This document shows, piece after piece, positions 8,345-17,365 of a stretch of DNA of 46,619 nt. Position 1 is the stretch's first letter. Each line of letters starts with the position of its first letter. Position numbers and translations under genes: made by a program. The notes beneath the pieces were generated by a model that worked only from the letters and a program-made list of their open reading frames with translations, did not search any database and was not told where the DNA came from. Origin of the DNA: Candidatus Bipolaricaulota bacterium (GTDB lineage Bacteria; Bipolaricaulota; Bipolaricaulia; UBA7950; UBA9294); NCBI GenBank assembly GCA_003979035.1, contig RXOA01000140.1:1-46619 (forward strand). The letters run 5' to 3'.

Positions 8345-9499
8345 ATGGAGCAACAAGCAGTGGGTGCCGTCCTCATGCACGGCCACATGGGCGCGACGCA
8401 AGAGCAACGCCTTGTTGAGCGGGCGCGTCTCGCCGTGCTGTCCGGCCACATCACATCGCTGCGAAACGCCGGCGTAGACGTCGTGGCCGTGGCCACCGAT
8501 TCAGTGTCCCTTGTTCGGCAACAACTCGAACAGAGGCCTGATCGGTGGATCCCAACACCCCATGTCGGCTTCGACTTCGGAGAGACGCTGAAGCAAGCGA
8601 TCTCATCGTTGTCGTTGTCCGCTTGCATCTACATGGGAAGCGGTGCCGGGGTGTTCCTTCGACCAGGAGACTATGACGCCCTGGTCGCATGGGCAAGGCA
8701 TTCACCTGTCGGCGTGCTCCTCAACAATCTCTACTCGACCGACTTCGCTTCGATCGCGCAAGCAAGGCATCTCCTCAAACTTCAGCTCCCGCAGTCGGAC
8801 AATGCCTTGGGAATGGCTCTTACGGACCAAGGCGTGCCCTGCCGCTCTCTTCCGAGAAATCTGAGAACCCAATACGACATCGACACCCCGATCGACGTCC
8901 TCCTACTCGGCGCAACCACCTGGCGAAGCGAGACGTTTCGCGCGGCCTGCGAACAGAATGTCGACATGTCCTCCATCGACGCCGTTTTGGATACCTTGAC
9001 CGACCGGTCGGGACGATTGTGGCTGTACGGGCGAGTCAATCCGGCGACTTGGGCGTGGTTTCAGGACAAGACGGCATGCCAGACCGCCGGCGTCATCGAG
9101 GGTCGCGGCCTACGGAGCTACAAGGGTTCGAGTGCCGGGGGCGCTGTGCCCTGCGTGAGTGGTTCTCTGTTCAGCAAGGGGGGATGGGACAGCTTCTTCG
9201 ATTCGCTGGCCGGGCACGCATCGGCGGCGATTCTCGATACGCGCCCCCTGTTGCCAATCGGATCCGGCGCCGCATCGACGGCCGATCGATTCCGAAGTGA
9301 TCTTCTTCAGGCCGAACGGATTGACAACCGGGGATGGAAGGCATTCACGCTGGCCGCAAGAGAAGCCTCCCTTCCGCTCCTCCTCGGCGGCCACAACCTG
9401 ATGAGCGGCGGACTGTATCTTCTTGGTCGAGCATGCTGGAAACGGCGAAACGTGGAACGTAGACTCTGCGGCAAGACGATGTTGGAGAAGAAGGAGTAG
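8345..9499 (+). CDS. hypothetical protein (possible N-terminal nucleotidyl/glycosyl-transferase-like fold)
   Basis: ATG 8345 (MEQQAVGAV..) is chosen over GTG 8321. 384 aa with no motif I recognise with confidence. The stop overlaps the RBS of the downstream SHMT-GcvT fusion (AGAAGGAGTAGTCATG). Confidence 0.5.
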   Translation: MEQQAVGAVLMHGHMGATQEQRLVERARLAVLSGHITSLRNAGVDVVAVATDSVSLVRQQLEQRPDRWIPTPHVGFDFGETLKQAISSLSLSACIYMGSGAGVFLRPGDYDALVAWARHSPVGVLLNNLYSTDFASIAQARHLLKLQLPQSDNALGMALTDQGVPCRSLPRNLRTQYDIDTPIDVLLLGATTWRSETFRAACEQNVDMSSIDAVLDTLTDRSGRLWLYGRVNPATWAWFQDKTACQTAGVIEGRGLRSYKGSSAGGAVPCVSGSLFSKGGWDSFFDSLAGHASAAILDTRPLLPIGSGAASTADRFRSDLLQAERIDNRGWKAFTLAAREASLPLLLGGHNLMSGGLYLLGRACWKRRNVERRLCGKTMLEKKE

Positions 9500-9501
9500 T
9501 C

Positions 9502-12500
9502 ATGCATGTTCACCCTGATCTTCGTACACTGGCCGACGTCGATCCGCTCACAGCCAAGCTGATCGACATTGAGGAGCGCAGACAACGGGAGAAGATTATT
9601 CTGATCCCGTCCGAGAGCTTTACGCAACCTGCAGTTCGCGAGGCGCTCGGCTCGGCGTTCACCAGCATTTATGCTGAAGGTTATCCACGTCGCGCTATGC
9701 GGCGCTCCACGGAGGGCGAGCTATCCGACATCGATGCACAGCTTGCTTCGCATCGGCGATATGCGGATTGGCGTTTCTACAAGGGAACGGAGCTCGCCAA
9801 CCTCATGGAGTCGCTTGCCGGACGGCGCGCCGCGATGTGCTTCGCGACACCGGACATCCCGGCCCATCAGATCTTCGCGAATGTCCAGCCGATCTCCGGT
9901 GCGGCGGCAAACCTTGCCGTGTATGAGGCGTTCGTGAATCCCGGCGAGACCGTGATGGGATTGGACCTGACCGAAGGCGGCCACTTGACCCACGGTTCCC
10001 AATTCAACATCACCGGGAAACGCTACAACATCGTGTCCTACGCCACCGACCCCGCGACCGGGAAGCTGGACTACGACCGAATCCGGCAGATGGCCCGTGA
10101 GTTTCGTCCCAAGATGATCATTGCCGGATTTACGTCTTATCCATGGCAGCCGGACTGGGCGCAATTCCGATCCATCGCGGACGAAGTCGGGGCAATCCTT
10201 CTTGCGGATGTTGCCCATGTTGCCGGGATGATCATCGGAGGCGTGTATCCCAATCCGGTCGGTTACGCCGACGTCATTGCCTTCACGACTCATAAGACCC
10301 TCTGTGGCGGACGTGGCGCTGTGATCCTGTCTACAGATCCGGCGATTGCCTCGCGCATCGATTCTTCGGTGTTTCCCGGGCAGCAGGGCGGCCCTCATGT
10401 GAACAAGTTCGCCGCACATGCAGTAGCGTTCAAGATCGCCCAATCCGATGCATTCCGCCAGCTGCAACACCGAATCGTCGAAAACGCTTCCGCACTGGCG
10501 GCGGCGCTCGTCGAAAACGGCTTGACGCTTGCCTACGGAGGCACGAACACCCATCTTCTGCTCGTCGACCTCAGATCCCTCGTCACCGATACGGGATTCC
10601 CGGTCATGGGCGAGATTGCTTCGCGCGTCCTCGATTTGGTCGGAATCGTCTGCAATAAGAACACGATCCCCGGAGACCGGAGCGCTGGCGATGCCCGCGG
10701 AATTCGCCTGGGGACACCTTGGGCAACCCAACGCGGAATGGGACCCGACGAGATGAGCGAACTGGCGCGAATCATCGCCTCCGTTCTGAAGAACATTCAT
10801 CCGTTCGAATACATCGGACTGGCGGGCCCCCTCTCGCGCGGGAAGCTCCCGCTCGATGTCCTCGAGGAAGCCCGTGAAGCCGTCCGGGCCCTAATTGCCC
10901 GTGTAGACAGTCATGTCTCTCCTCGTTCGGAGAGGAGCCTCGCCTCCGGATTCGCTCAGGAAGTGGGAATCCTTCGCGTCCATCAAGGACGCGCTTCAGA
11001 GCTTCTGAACGAGGCATCGACGCAAGACATCGAACAGTTGAGGATTGGAGAAACCACACGATCCCTGTTCTTCGACGACCACGCGGAACTCATAGACGAG
11101 GTCACCGTCGGGCGTTTGGGTGACCAAGATTTCCTCCTGCTCACGCATCGCGATCGGGTCAACCGCCTCCAGGCTTGGCTGCGAGGATTGGCGGACGGCT
11201 ATGTCCTGTTTGATCCGCAAGATATCTTCCGCAAAGTCCAGGGACCGGCAACCGTGGATCGGCTTCGCGCCGAAGAGGTTCCCGATGCATATCAAGGCTG
11301 GCTGACGCTCCCATTGCCTGAACTCCGGAGAAATCAGGCGGCCGCTTCCGTCCACAAAGAAACACCGCAAGCATTCGACATTACGAAGCCGTATTTCATC
11401 GGGCAGCAGATGCTCGAGCTTCCGACCTCGGACGCGACGCGGCGAGACTTCACCTGGGAGCCGAAGGATCAGCCCCTCAAGCGCACCCCCTTGTACGGAG
11501 CGCACGTTGAGGCCGGGGCGCGGATGGTGCCGTTCGCGGGATGGGAGATGCCGGTCTGGTACCAATCGGCACTTGCCGAACACCACGCCGTGCGGGAACA
11601 CGCAGGGCTGTACGACCTCGGCCACATGGGCGTGTTCTCGGTCAGCGGAACATCCGCCGCCGCCTTCCTCAACTCGGTGACGTCCAACTACGCGGATTGG
11701 CTTCGCCCGGGTGAGTCGCAGTACGCCTATCTCTTTGCGCCTGACGGATCCGTGCTCGATGACATTTTCCTCTACCGCCGGTCCACGGACCGATTCCTCG
11801 TCGTCGTCAACGCCGCCAATGAAGACAAGGATTGGGAGTGGCTTACCGGGATCAACAAGGGGCGCTATCTGATCGATACGCAGTTCCCGTCCCGCCGTCC
11901 ATCCGGACCGGTCACGCTGCAGAACCTCAAACAGGATCGCGATGTCATGGACATGGCCCTCCAGGGACCGCGCAGCCGGCAGATTCTCGAGCTTCTCTTG
12001 ACCGATGCCCAAAAGGCCCTGCTCGGATCCCTTCGCCGTACGGAGTTCTGTGAACTTGATGTAGAGCGCCACCAATTGCTGGTCGCAAGGACCGGCTATA
12101 CCGGCGAGGAGATCGGCTACGAGATCTATGTTTCGGGAACTGACGCCGTCTGGCTTTGGGAACGGCTTCTGGATATCGGATCCCCTCTCGGACTTGCTCC
12201 GTGCGGGCTTGCATCACGCGATTCGACAAGAACCGAAGCCGGTCTTCCACTCTATGGACACGAGCTGGCGGGACCCTATGGAATCAGTCCGTTCGAGGCG
12301 GGATTCGCGTCCTACGTGAAGCTCCACAAGCCGTTCTTCGTCGGTCGGGATGCTTGCGTGGCCTCCTACCGCCGGGGCGCTCGCCAGATTGTTCGCTTTG
12401 AAGCTCTGAGTGAAGCGAATCGACCGATCCATCCGGGTGCAACCGTCATCGATCCGAACGGATCATATGTCGGCCGTGTCACCAGCTGCGTCGTACTTGA

Positions 12501-12714
12501 GCGATCCCAGATCGGCCTCGCATTGATTGACGGTAAGCCCACGGCAATCGATCCTGATTCGCGACTAATCGTCCTCAACCCCCAGCGCCGCGATGAGGCA
12601 AGCAAGACGTCCGTGGAGTTGACTGCGGGAGACCGGGTAGCTATCCCCCTCCCCGTACGAGTTGTGTCTCGATTCATGCAACGCGCGCCCATCACGGATG
12701 GGGGAGCCGAGTGA
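9502..12714 (+). CDS. fusion protein: serine hydroxymethyltransferase domain + partial GcvT-like segment + complete aminomethyltransferase (GcvT) domain
   Basis: 1070 aa. N-terminal about 465 aa carries SHMT motifs (LIPSESF, YAEGYP, GGHLTHGS, TTHKTLCGGRGAVILS with the PLP lysine). From about nt 11480 there is a GcvT domain (TPLYGAHVEAGARMVPFAGWEMPVWY, YDLGHMGVFSVSG, ARTGYTGEEIGYEIY, GLASRDSTRTEAGLPLYGHEL). Confidence 0.85.
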   Translation: MHVHPDLRTLADVDPLTAKLIDIEERRQREKIILIPSESFTQPAVREALGSAFTSIYAEGYPRRAMRRSTEGELSDIDAQLASHRRYADWRFYKGTELANLMESLAGRRAAMCFATPDIPAHQIFANVQPISGAAANLAVYEAFVNPGETVMGLDLTEGGHLTHGSQFNITGKRYNIVSYATDPATGKLDYDRIRQMAREFRPKMIIAGFTSYPWQPDWAQFRSIADEVGAILLADVAHVAGMIIGGVYPNPVGYADVIAFTTHKTLCGGRGAVILSTDPAIASRIDSSVFPGQQGGPHVNKFAAHAVAFKIAQSDAFRQLQHRIVENASALAAALVENGLTLAYGGTNTHLLLVDLRSLVTDTGFPVMGEIASRVLDLVGIVCNKNTIPGDRSAGDARGIRLGTPWATQRGMGPDEMSELARIIASVLKNIHPFEYIGLAGPLSRGKLPLDVLEEAREAVRALIARVDSHVSPRSERSLASGFAQEVGILRVHQGRASELLNEASTQDIEQLRIGETTRSLFFDDHAELIDEVTVGRLGDQDFLLLTHRDRVNRLQAWLRGLADGYVLFDPQDIFRKVQGPATVDRLRAEEVPDAYQGWLTLPLPELRRNQAAASVHKETPQAFDITKPYFIGQQMLELPTSDATRRDFTWEPKDQPLKRTPLYGAHVEAGARMVPFAGWEMPVWYQSALAEHHAVREHAGLYDLGHMGVFSVSGTSAAAFLNSVTSNYADWLRPGESQYAYLFAPDGSVLDDIFLYRRSTDRFLVVVNAANEDKDWEWLTGINKGRYLIDTQFPSRRPSGPVTLQNLKQDRDVMDMALQGPRSRQILELLLTDAQKALLGSLRRTEFCELDVERHQLLVARTGYTGEEIGYEIYVSGTDAVWLWERLLDIGSPLGLAPCGLASRDSTRTEAGLPLYGHELAGPYGISPFEAGFASYVKLHKPFFVGRDACVASYRRGARQIVRFEALSEANRPIHPGATVIDPNGSYVGRVTSCVVLERSQIGLALIDGKPTAIDPDSRLIVLNPQRRDEASKTSVELTAGDRVAIPLPVRVVSRFMQRAPITDGGAE

Positions 12715-12821
12715 AGGGCTGTTCATCAGGAATGTACGTTCTGAACTACGTTTTCGCGAGGTATCGAGGTTGAGATCTTGTGCGTGGGTATCGAAAATGA
12801 CAAGGGAAAGAACCTGGGGAC

Positions 12822-12850
12822 TTGGCAATCGCCCTTCTGGCGACTAAACT
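12822..12850 (+). promoter_or_regulatory. putative promoter of hup-2
   Basis: TTGGCA (12822-12827), a 17-nt spacer, then TAAACT (12845-12850). A GAGGAGG RBS precedes GTG 12887. Confidence 0.4.
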
Positions 12851-12886
12851 GAGGCCCGAGTTCTGAAAAGCACGAGGAGGTACAGC

Positions 12887-13174
12887 GTGAACAAGGCAGA
12901 GTTGGCGGAGAAACTCGCGGCCAAGGCTGGGCTTACGAAGAAGGGGGCGTACCAGGTCATCGATGGAATCATCGACGTGATCACGGAATCGCTCACGAAG
13001 AGCGAAGCCGTGAACCTCACCGGGTTCGGGAAGTTCGAAGTTCGCTCCCGAAAAGCCACGACGCGGATCAACCCGCAGAGCGGAAAGAAGTTCAAGGTTC
13101 CCGCAAAGGTGGTTCCTGCATTCAAGCCCGGCAAGAACCTCAAGGAAACTGTCGCGAAGAAGGCAAAGAAGTAG
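12887..13174 (+). CDS. hup: HU family DNA-binding protein (second paralog)
   Basis: 95 aa. MNKAELAEKLAAKAGLTKKGAYQVIDGIIDVI..LTGFGKFEVRSRKATTRINPQSGKKFKVPAKVVPAFKPGKNLKE. Confidence 0.9.
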   Translation: MNKAELAEKLAAKAGLTKKGAYQVIDGIIDVITESLTKSEAVNLTGFGKFEVRSRKATTRINPQSGKKFKVPAKVVPAFKPGKNLKETVAKKAKK

Positions 13175-13195
13175 CCTGGCCGCAGCAGATGTCCT

Positions 13196-13248
13196 GCGCC
13201 GGAAGTGCTCATCAACCTGAAATGATGAGGGCTTCCGGCGCTTTTTTT
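13196..13248 (+). terminator. rho-independent terminator after hup-2
   Basis: 10-bp outer stem GCGCCGGAAG/CTTCCGGCGC plus inner stem CTCATCA/TGATGAG, followed by TTTTTTT (13242-13248). Confidence 0.8.
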
Positions 13249-13297
13249 GTTCGTCCGGCTGGATCCTGTTTCTTGAATCCGGCGGAGTGAGGTGAAG

Positions 13298-13732
13298 TCA
13301 GTTCAGACAGGGATCTCCTGCGGAAGGCGGAGCCGTCTTCCCCATCCACTGCAGATTCTTCGGGAGAACCGATTGCAGCGATGTCGCCAAGTCGCACCAG
13401 GCGTCCCGCTCGATGACGACCTCACGAAGCTTCTCTTGTAGGTATTCCATGATCAGCGTCGCGTGGACGTCGGATTGCCCTTGTTCCGATTCAAGAAGAG
13501 AAATCGCCTCTCCTCGCACCCGTTCGGCGGCCTCGCGGATCGGGATTCCCTCCTCGAGACGGAGCTCTTCAAGCCTTCGGAGAATGATCAGAGCTTCGTG
13601 AGTAAACACAAGCTTGTTGTTCTTGCCTCGTGATTGGTAGGCTTCAAGAAGATCGCTCAGCGCATCAATTCGAGCGCGGACTGCGCGTTTCGACATCCCC
13701 AGTTCGTTTGCAAGGTCTTTAAGCGTTGCCAT
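13298..13732 (-). CDS. HTH domain protein (MerR-like N-terminus) with coiled-coil tail
   Basis: Start taken at the internal ATG 13732 (MATLKDLANELGMSKRAVRARIDAL..), a helix-turn-helix-like N-terminus. 144 aa. The longer ORF-track N-terminus is Arg/Cys-rich and unconvincing. Confidence 0.55.
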   Translation of the reverse strand: MATLKDLANELGMSKRAVRARIDALSDLLEAYQSRGKNNKLVFTHEALIILRRLEELRLEEGIPIREAAERVRGEAISLLESEQGQSDVHATLIMEYLQEKLREVVIERDAWCDLATSLQSVLPKNLQWMGKTAPPSAGDPCLN

Positions 13733-13864
13733 GACGTACAGATTATACGATACGCAACGGAATGTGCACGCCGAAACAGAGAGGAAACCCGCTCCGGTTC
13801 GACAGGGATGTTGCCGTTCCGGAGGCGCGTTTCCGCTCCTCATGGTGCTTCGGTGCCTTTCCGC

Positions 13865-14446
13865 CTAGGGGGTGCTGCTTCCTGTCTGGACGATGGTCAG
13901 TTCGATTCGGAAGAAGGACGAAGATTCGCTCGCCGTGTTGGTGATTTCGACGTATGGCATGCCAAACGGTGGGCAGCACGGCACGGAGGACGGGACATCA
14001 CCACAGCATGTCAAACAAGGACACCAGCACGGCCCTACGCCGCACGGGCGTTCCACAAGTTCAATGACCGCTCCGAACTCGCCGACCGTATCCGTCAAGA
14101 CGACAACCCGATAAAAGCCCGCGGGGATTCGATTTCCCCACTGGTCGTGCCCATTCCAGGCCAACTCGAATCCGTGGGGTTTCGGCTCGGCAAAGGATGC
14201 GCTGCTGAGCGCGAAGCCGTCCAACGTCTCCACGCGCCATCCAACGACAAACGGCGTCGGACAACCGGAACAGGCAAAGAAGAAGTCCACCGGGACAACC
14301 AACTTGAAGAGAACCTGATCGCCACTCCAGAAGGACGTGTAGCAATCCGGAACGCCTTCTATCGTGGGCTCGCAGCCACATTGTCCCCATGCCGCTCCAG
14401 CAAACAGAGCGACCCCAATCAACGCCCACAGAAGCGATCGCCGCAT
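13865..14446 (-). CDS. secreted cysteine-rich protein with FlgD-Ig-like middle region
   Basis: Start at MRRSLLWALIGVALFAGAAWG (signal peptide). Contains AWNGHDQWGNRIPAGFYRVVVL (FlgD-Ig-type motif) and cysteine clusters QCGCEP..DC and CGVGPCWCPCLTCCGDVPSSVPCCPP. Confidence 0.6.
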   Translation of the reverse strand: MRRSLLWALIGVALFAGAAWGQCGCEPTIEGVPDCYTSFWSGDQVLFKLVVPVDFFFACSGCPTPFVVGWRVETLDGFALSSASFAEPKPHGFELAWNGHDQWGNRIPAGFYRVVVLTDTVGEFGAVIELVERPCGVGPCWCPCLTCCGDVPSSVPCCPPFGMPYVEITNTASESSSFFRIELTIVQTGSSTP

Positions 14447-14637
14447 CGCGCTCCTCCTCACCCCTTGATCCATGCACGGAGCCATCTGATGATTCCGCCC
14501 CGATCATCCCAGTCCGTCTTCCTTACGGCGGCAATTGTCCGCCTGTGCAAGCTACACCTGTACCCCCGATTCGTTTCCTCGCAAGACACCCGCGCACGGT
14601 CTGAACCGCGCAAGGATGCACACGACAGGCAGGAAGA

Positions 14638-15972
14638 TCAGCCGGACAACGGTTCCGTTCTTTCCTCGAATCGAATTCCCAGTTGTTCCAGCTCGGAAAG
14701 GACCGGTTCGTAGATTTCCGGGACCACCGGAATCTGCACGCCGGTGAGACGAATCTCTCCCTGCAAGATCAATCGCGTCGCGATCGCCGCCGGCAGGCCC
14801 ACCGTTCGCGACATGGATGTGTCGCCCCCGGGAACCCCGTAGTCGATCATCGTCGAAGTCGTCTTCTCCCGAGATCCATCCGCATACTGGGCGATGAACT
14901 CGTGCTGCATGACCAACATGTCACGCTCGCCCGGCGCATACGTCATCCGTTCAAGCATCCGCATCGCGAGCACGTCCAACAACGTCGTTGCGGCCGGCGG
15001 GAGCGGCGTATCGCTCAAGAAGCCGAGCCACTCAAGGTCCGAGATCGGTTTGCTGGCGGCGGGGATTCCAAGATGCGCGGCCAGCGCCTCGCGAAGATCG
15101 GGGGCGGCGGATTCCGCGCCAATCAGACGGGAGGTCAATTGAGAGAACGTGATGCCGCCAAGATCGTCGCGTTCGGCATCATCAAGCAGCCCCAATTCGA
15201 CGATCTTCACCAAGGTGTCGCACCACCCCGGGTAGCGTAGCGTTCCGCGGAACATGGTCTTGATTTCGGGGATGCCGTACGTCTCGATGTAGGGAAGGGA
15301 GTCGCGATTCGGATAGACCTCAAGGGTGCCGAACCCGGAAATCCTCGCCGGCCAGTGATGAGCGAACAGCTTCGTTCCGGGGATATCGATGGTTTTCCCG
15401 TCCTCGAGGAACCGCGCCGGATTCTTGCCGGCCATGACCACACCTCGCGGCGCCCAGGAGAATTTGTACCCCATCGGATTGTCGTTTGCCTCCGGGGCCG
15501 GGAGTCCACCGGTGTTGGAATGGAAGCTCACAAGCTGCCCATTCCGATCGTGAATGCGATGGATGATGTTCATCGCCGACATGTGATCGATCCCCGGATC
15601 CACGCCAATCTCGTTCAGCAGAACAACGCCTGCGCGCTTCGCATTCTCATCGAGGGCCATCATTGCGTCCTTCACATAGGACGTCGTCACCATCTGTTTG
15701 CCGTGCTTCACACAAAATCCGGCCACCACGGGGTGGTACACGTACGGCAGCAGACTCACGGCCAGATCCGCATCGCGGATCAATCTTTCCAGCGCCTCTC
15801 GATCATCTACATGGATGGTCGTCGCGCGCCCGTTCGAAGCGTCACCGACAAGCCGCTCGGCCCTGCTCAGGGTGCGGCTGGCCACGATGACCTCAAATTC
15901 AGGAACGGCAAGAAGGTACTGCACGAGAGGCTTTGCCACCAATCCGGCACCAAGGACGAGAATGCGTTTCAA
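14638..15972 (-). CDS. saccharopine dehydrogenase (LYS9 / AASS-SDH-like, L-glutamate-forming)
   Basis: 444 aa. KRILVLGAGLVAKPLVQYL Rossmann motif, TTSYV, NEIGVDPGIDHM, GGLPAPEANDNPMGYKFSWAPRGV: the typical saccharopine reductase family signature. Confidence 0.8.
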   Translation of the reverse strand: MKRILVLGAGLVAKPLVQYLLAVPEFEVIVASRTLSRAERLVGDASNGRATTIHVDDREALERLIRDADLAVSLLPYVYHPVVAGFCVKHGKQMVTTSYVKDAMMALDENAKRAGVVLLNEIGVDPGIDHMSAMNIIHRIHDRNGQLVSFHSNTGGLPAPEANDNPMGYKFSWAPRGVVMAGKNPARFLEDGKTIDIPGTKLFAHHWPARISGFGTLEVYPNRDSLPYIETYGIPEIKTMFRGTLRYPGWCDTLVKIVELGLLDDAERDDLGGITFSQLTSRLIGAESAAPDLREALAAHLGIPAASKPISDLEWLGFLSDTPLPPAATTLLDVLAMRMLERMTYAPGERDMLVMQHEFIAQYADGSREKTTSTMIDYGVPGGDTSMSRTVGLPAAIATRLILQGEIRLTGVQIPVVPEIYEPVLSELEQLGIRFEERTEPLSG

Positions 15973-17312
15973 CTCACACCTTCCTTTGCTGATGTCCCGT
16001 GTTGTCTGAGATGCTCATCAAGGTATGTGTAGCCGGGCGTAAGACGCCCGCGGTAAACAATGACCGCACGTTCAAGTTCGGGCGGCAGACCGCTCTGCTC
16101 GATTGGCTTCTTGAAATCCGCCCTGGCCAGCCCCGGCAGAAGTCCGGCAAGAATCCGGCTGAAGAACGCCGAGGATTCGCGCGGAAGCTCGGTGGGAAGG
16201 ATCTCCACCGCCATGACCACCGGACCTTCGCCTTCGACTCCATCGTGCGCTTCCCCACTTCGCGGATCGAATACATACACAGGATTGTCCGGCTCGGTCG
16301 CCCTGACCGTCGATTCGATCGAGCCTTCGATATCACAGGTGATATCTCCGATCACTTGCAGGCGTAGATCCCCCGACTCCAGCCGCTCTCGGAGATACGC
16401 GCGGGTCACCAACCGCGGATAGCGTGGTTCCCAATAGATGCAGTTGACGAGCACATCGAGCTCGTCGAGGAATGTCTCGAACCGTCCCCGAAAGACCTCG
16501 GGATGGTGGTAGTACGTTTCGAGATCGAATGGTTGATGGGGATCGATCGGCGTGGCCATGTGCCGCTCTTCGAACACCGTCTTGCCGATCACGAACGGCG
16601 ACAGTCGCGGCGAAGCGTGAATCCCTGAGAGCTCCTCGGGTTCGATCCGCTCGATCGGAAGCAGATCGAGAATCTCTTGGGCGCCTTTGGAGACGTTTCC
16701 GTATCCGGCCACGCCGATCACAAGCGGGCCGATCTCCGCCGGCAAACCGTCTATCCGGATCCTGTCTCCGATCTGAGAGATGTCGCGCTTTGCCTCTTCG
16801 AGGTCGCGATAGGCAAGGGCGCGGCGTACGTCCGAGAACGGAGATCGAATGCCGCGATGTTCGAGCCGCTGACCAAGGGCCCACAACGTATCGATCATCC
16901 CCGCCAGCCCGGCGAAGTTCCCGAAGAAGATCAGCCGCCGTCCTTGTTCGTCCACGATTCGCTCGTAGTCGATCAGCGTGCTGCCGAGATCGAGCAACCG
17001 CCGCAACATCGGCATGTTGTACGGCTGGCCCTTGATCGTGTGCGAGAAGTACAGGTAGCTCTTGTCCGATTCGAGAATCTCGTTGGGAATCTCCTTGATG
17101 CCGACAATGAGCGGACAATCGGAGAGGGATTCAACCACGGGGATCCCGGCAGCGCGGTATTCGTCGTCCGTGTAGGCACGCTTCGCCGAACTCTGGACAA
17201 CAATCTCCAGCCCTTCTTCGGTTCGGAGATAGCGTGCGTCTTCGGGAGTGAGGGGAGTCCGCCGCTCCCAAGCGTACATATCCTCGATGCGGATTCCGAT
17301 CCGCGGTTTCAT
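15969..17312 (-). CDS. lysine-ketoglutarate reductase-like protein (AASS LKR domain homolog, AlaDH/PNT family)
   Basis: 447 aa. RIEDMYAWERRTPLTPEDARYL, YLYFSHTIKGQPYNMPMLRRLL, LIDYERIVDEQGRRLIFFGNFAGLAGMID closely parallel the N-terminal LKR half of eukaryotic AASS as I recall it. The stop overlaps the SDH start (ATGA, 15969-15972). Confidence 0.75.
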   Translation of the reverse strand: MKPRIGIRIEDMYAWERRTPLTPEDARYLRTEEGLEIVVQSSAKRAYTDDEYRAAGIPVVESLSDCPLIVGIKEIPNEILESDKSYLYFSHTIKGQPYNMPMLRRLLDLGSTLIDYERIVDEQGRRLIFFGNFAGLAGMIDTLWALGQRLEHRGIRSPFSDVRRALAYRDLEEAKRDISQIGDRIRIDGLPAEIGPLVIGVAGYGNVSKGAQEILDLLPIERIEPEELSGIHASPRLSPFVIGKTVFEERHMATPIDPHQPFDLETYYHHPEVFRGRFETFLDELDVLVNCIYWEPRYPRLVTRAYLRERLESGDLRLQVIGDITCDIEGSIESTVRATEPDNPVYVFDPRSGEAHDGVEGEGPVVMAVEILPTELPRESSAFFSRILAGLLPGLARADFKKPIEQSGLPPELERAVIVYRGRLTPGYTYLDEHLRQHGTSAKEGVS

Positions 17313-17365
17313 CCTGGCCTCCTTGGATTGGTCACGAAGAGGAATCGGGGTCGTCTCGCGCGGCG

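Noticed and set aside
9721-12075. Two 359-aa minus-strand ORFs (9721..10800 and 10996..12075)
   Set aside because: Antisense shadow frames within the SHMT-GcvT fusion gene.
13634-14713. 359-aa plus-strand ORF
   Set aside because: Overlaps the HTH gene, the Cys-rich secreted protein gene and the SDH 3' end in antisense. Arg/Pro/Ser-rich.
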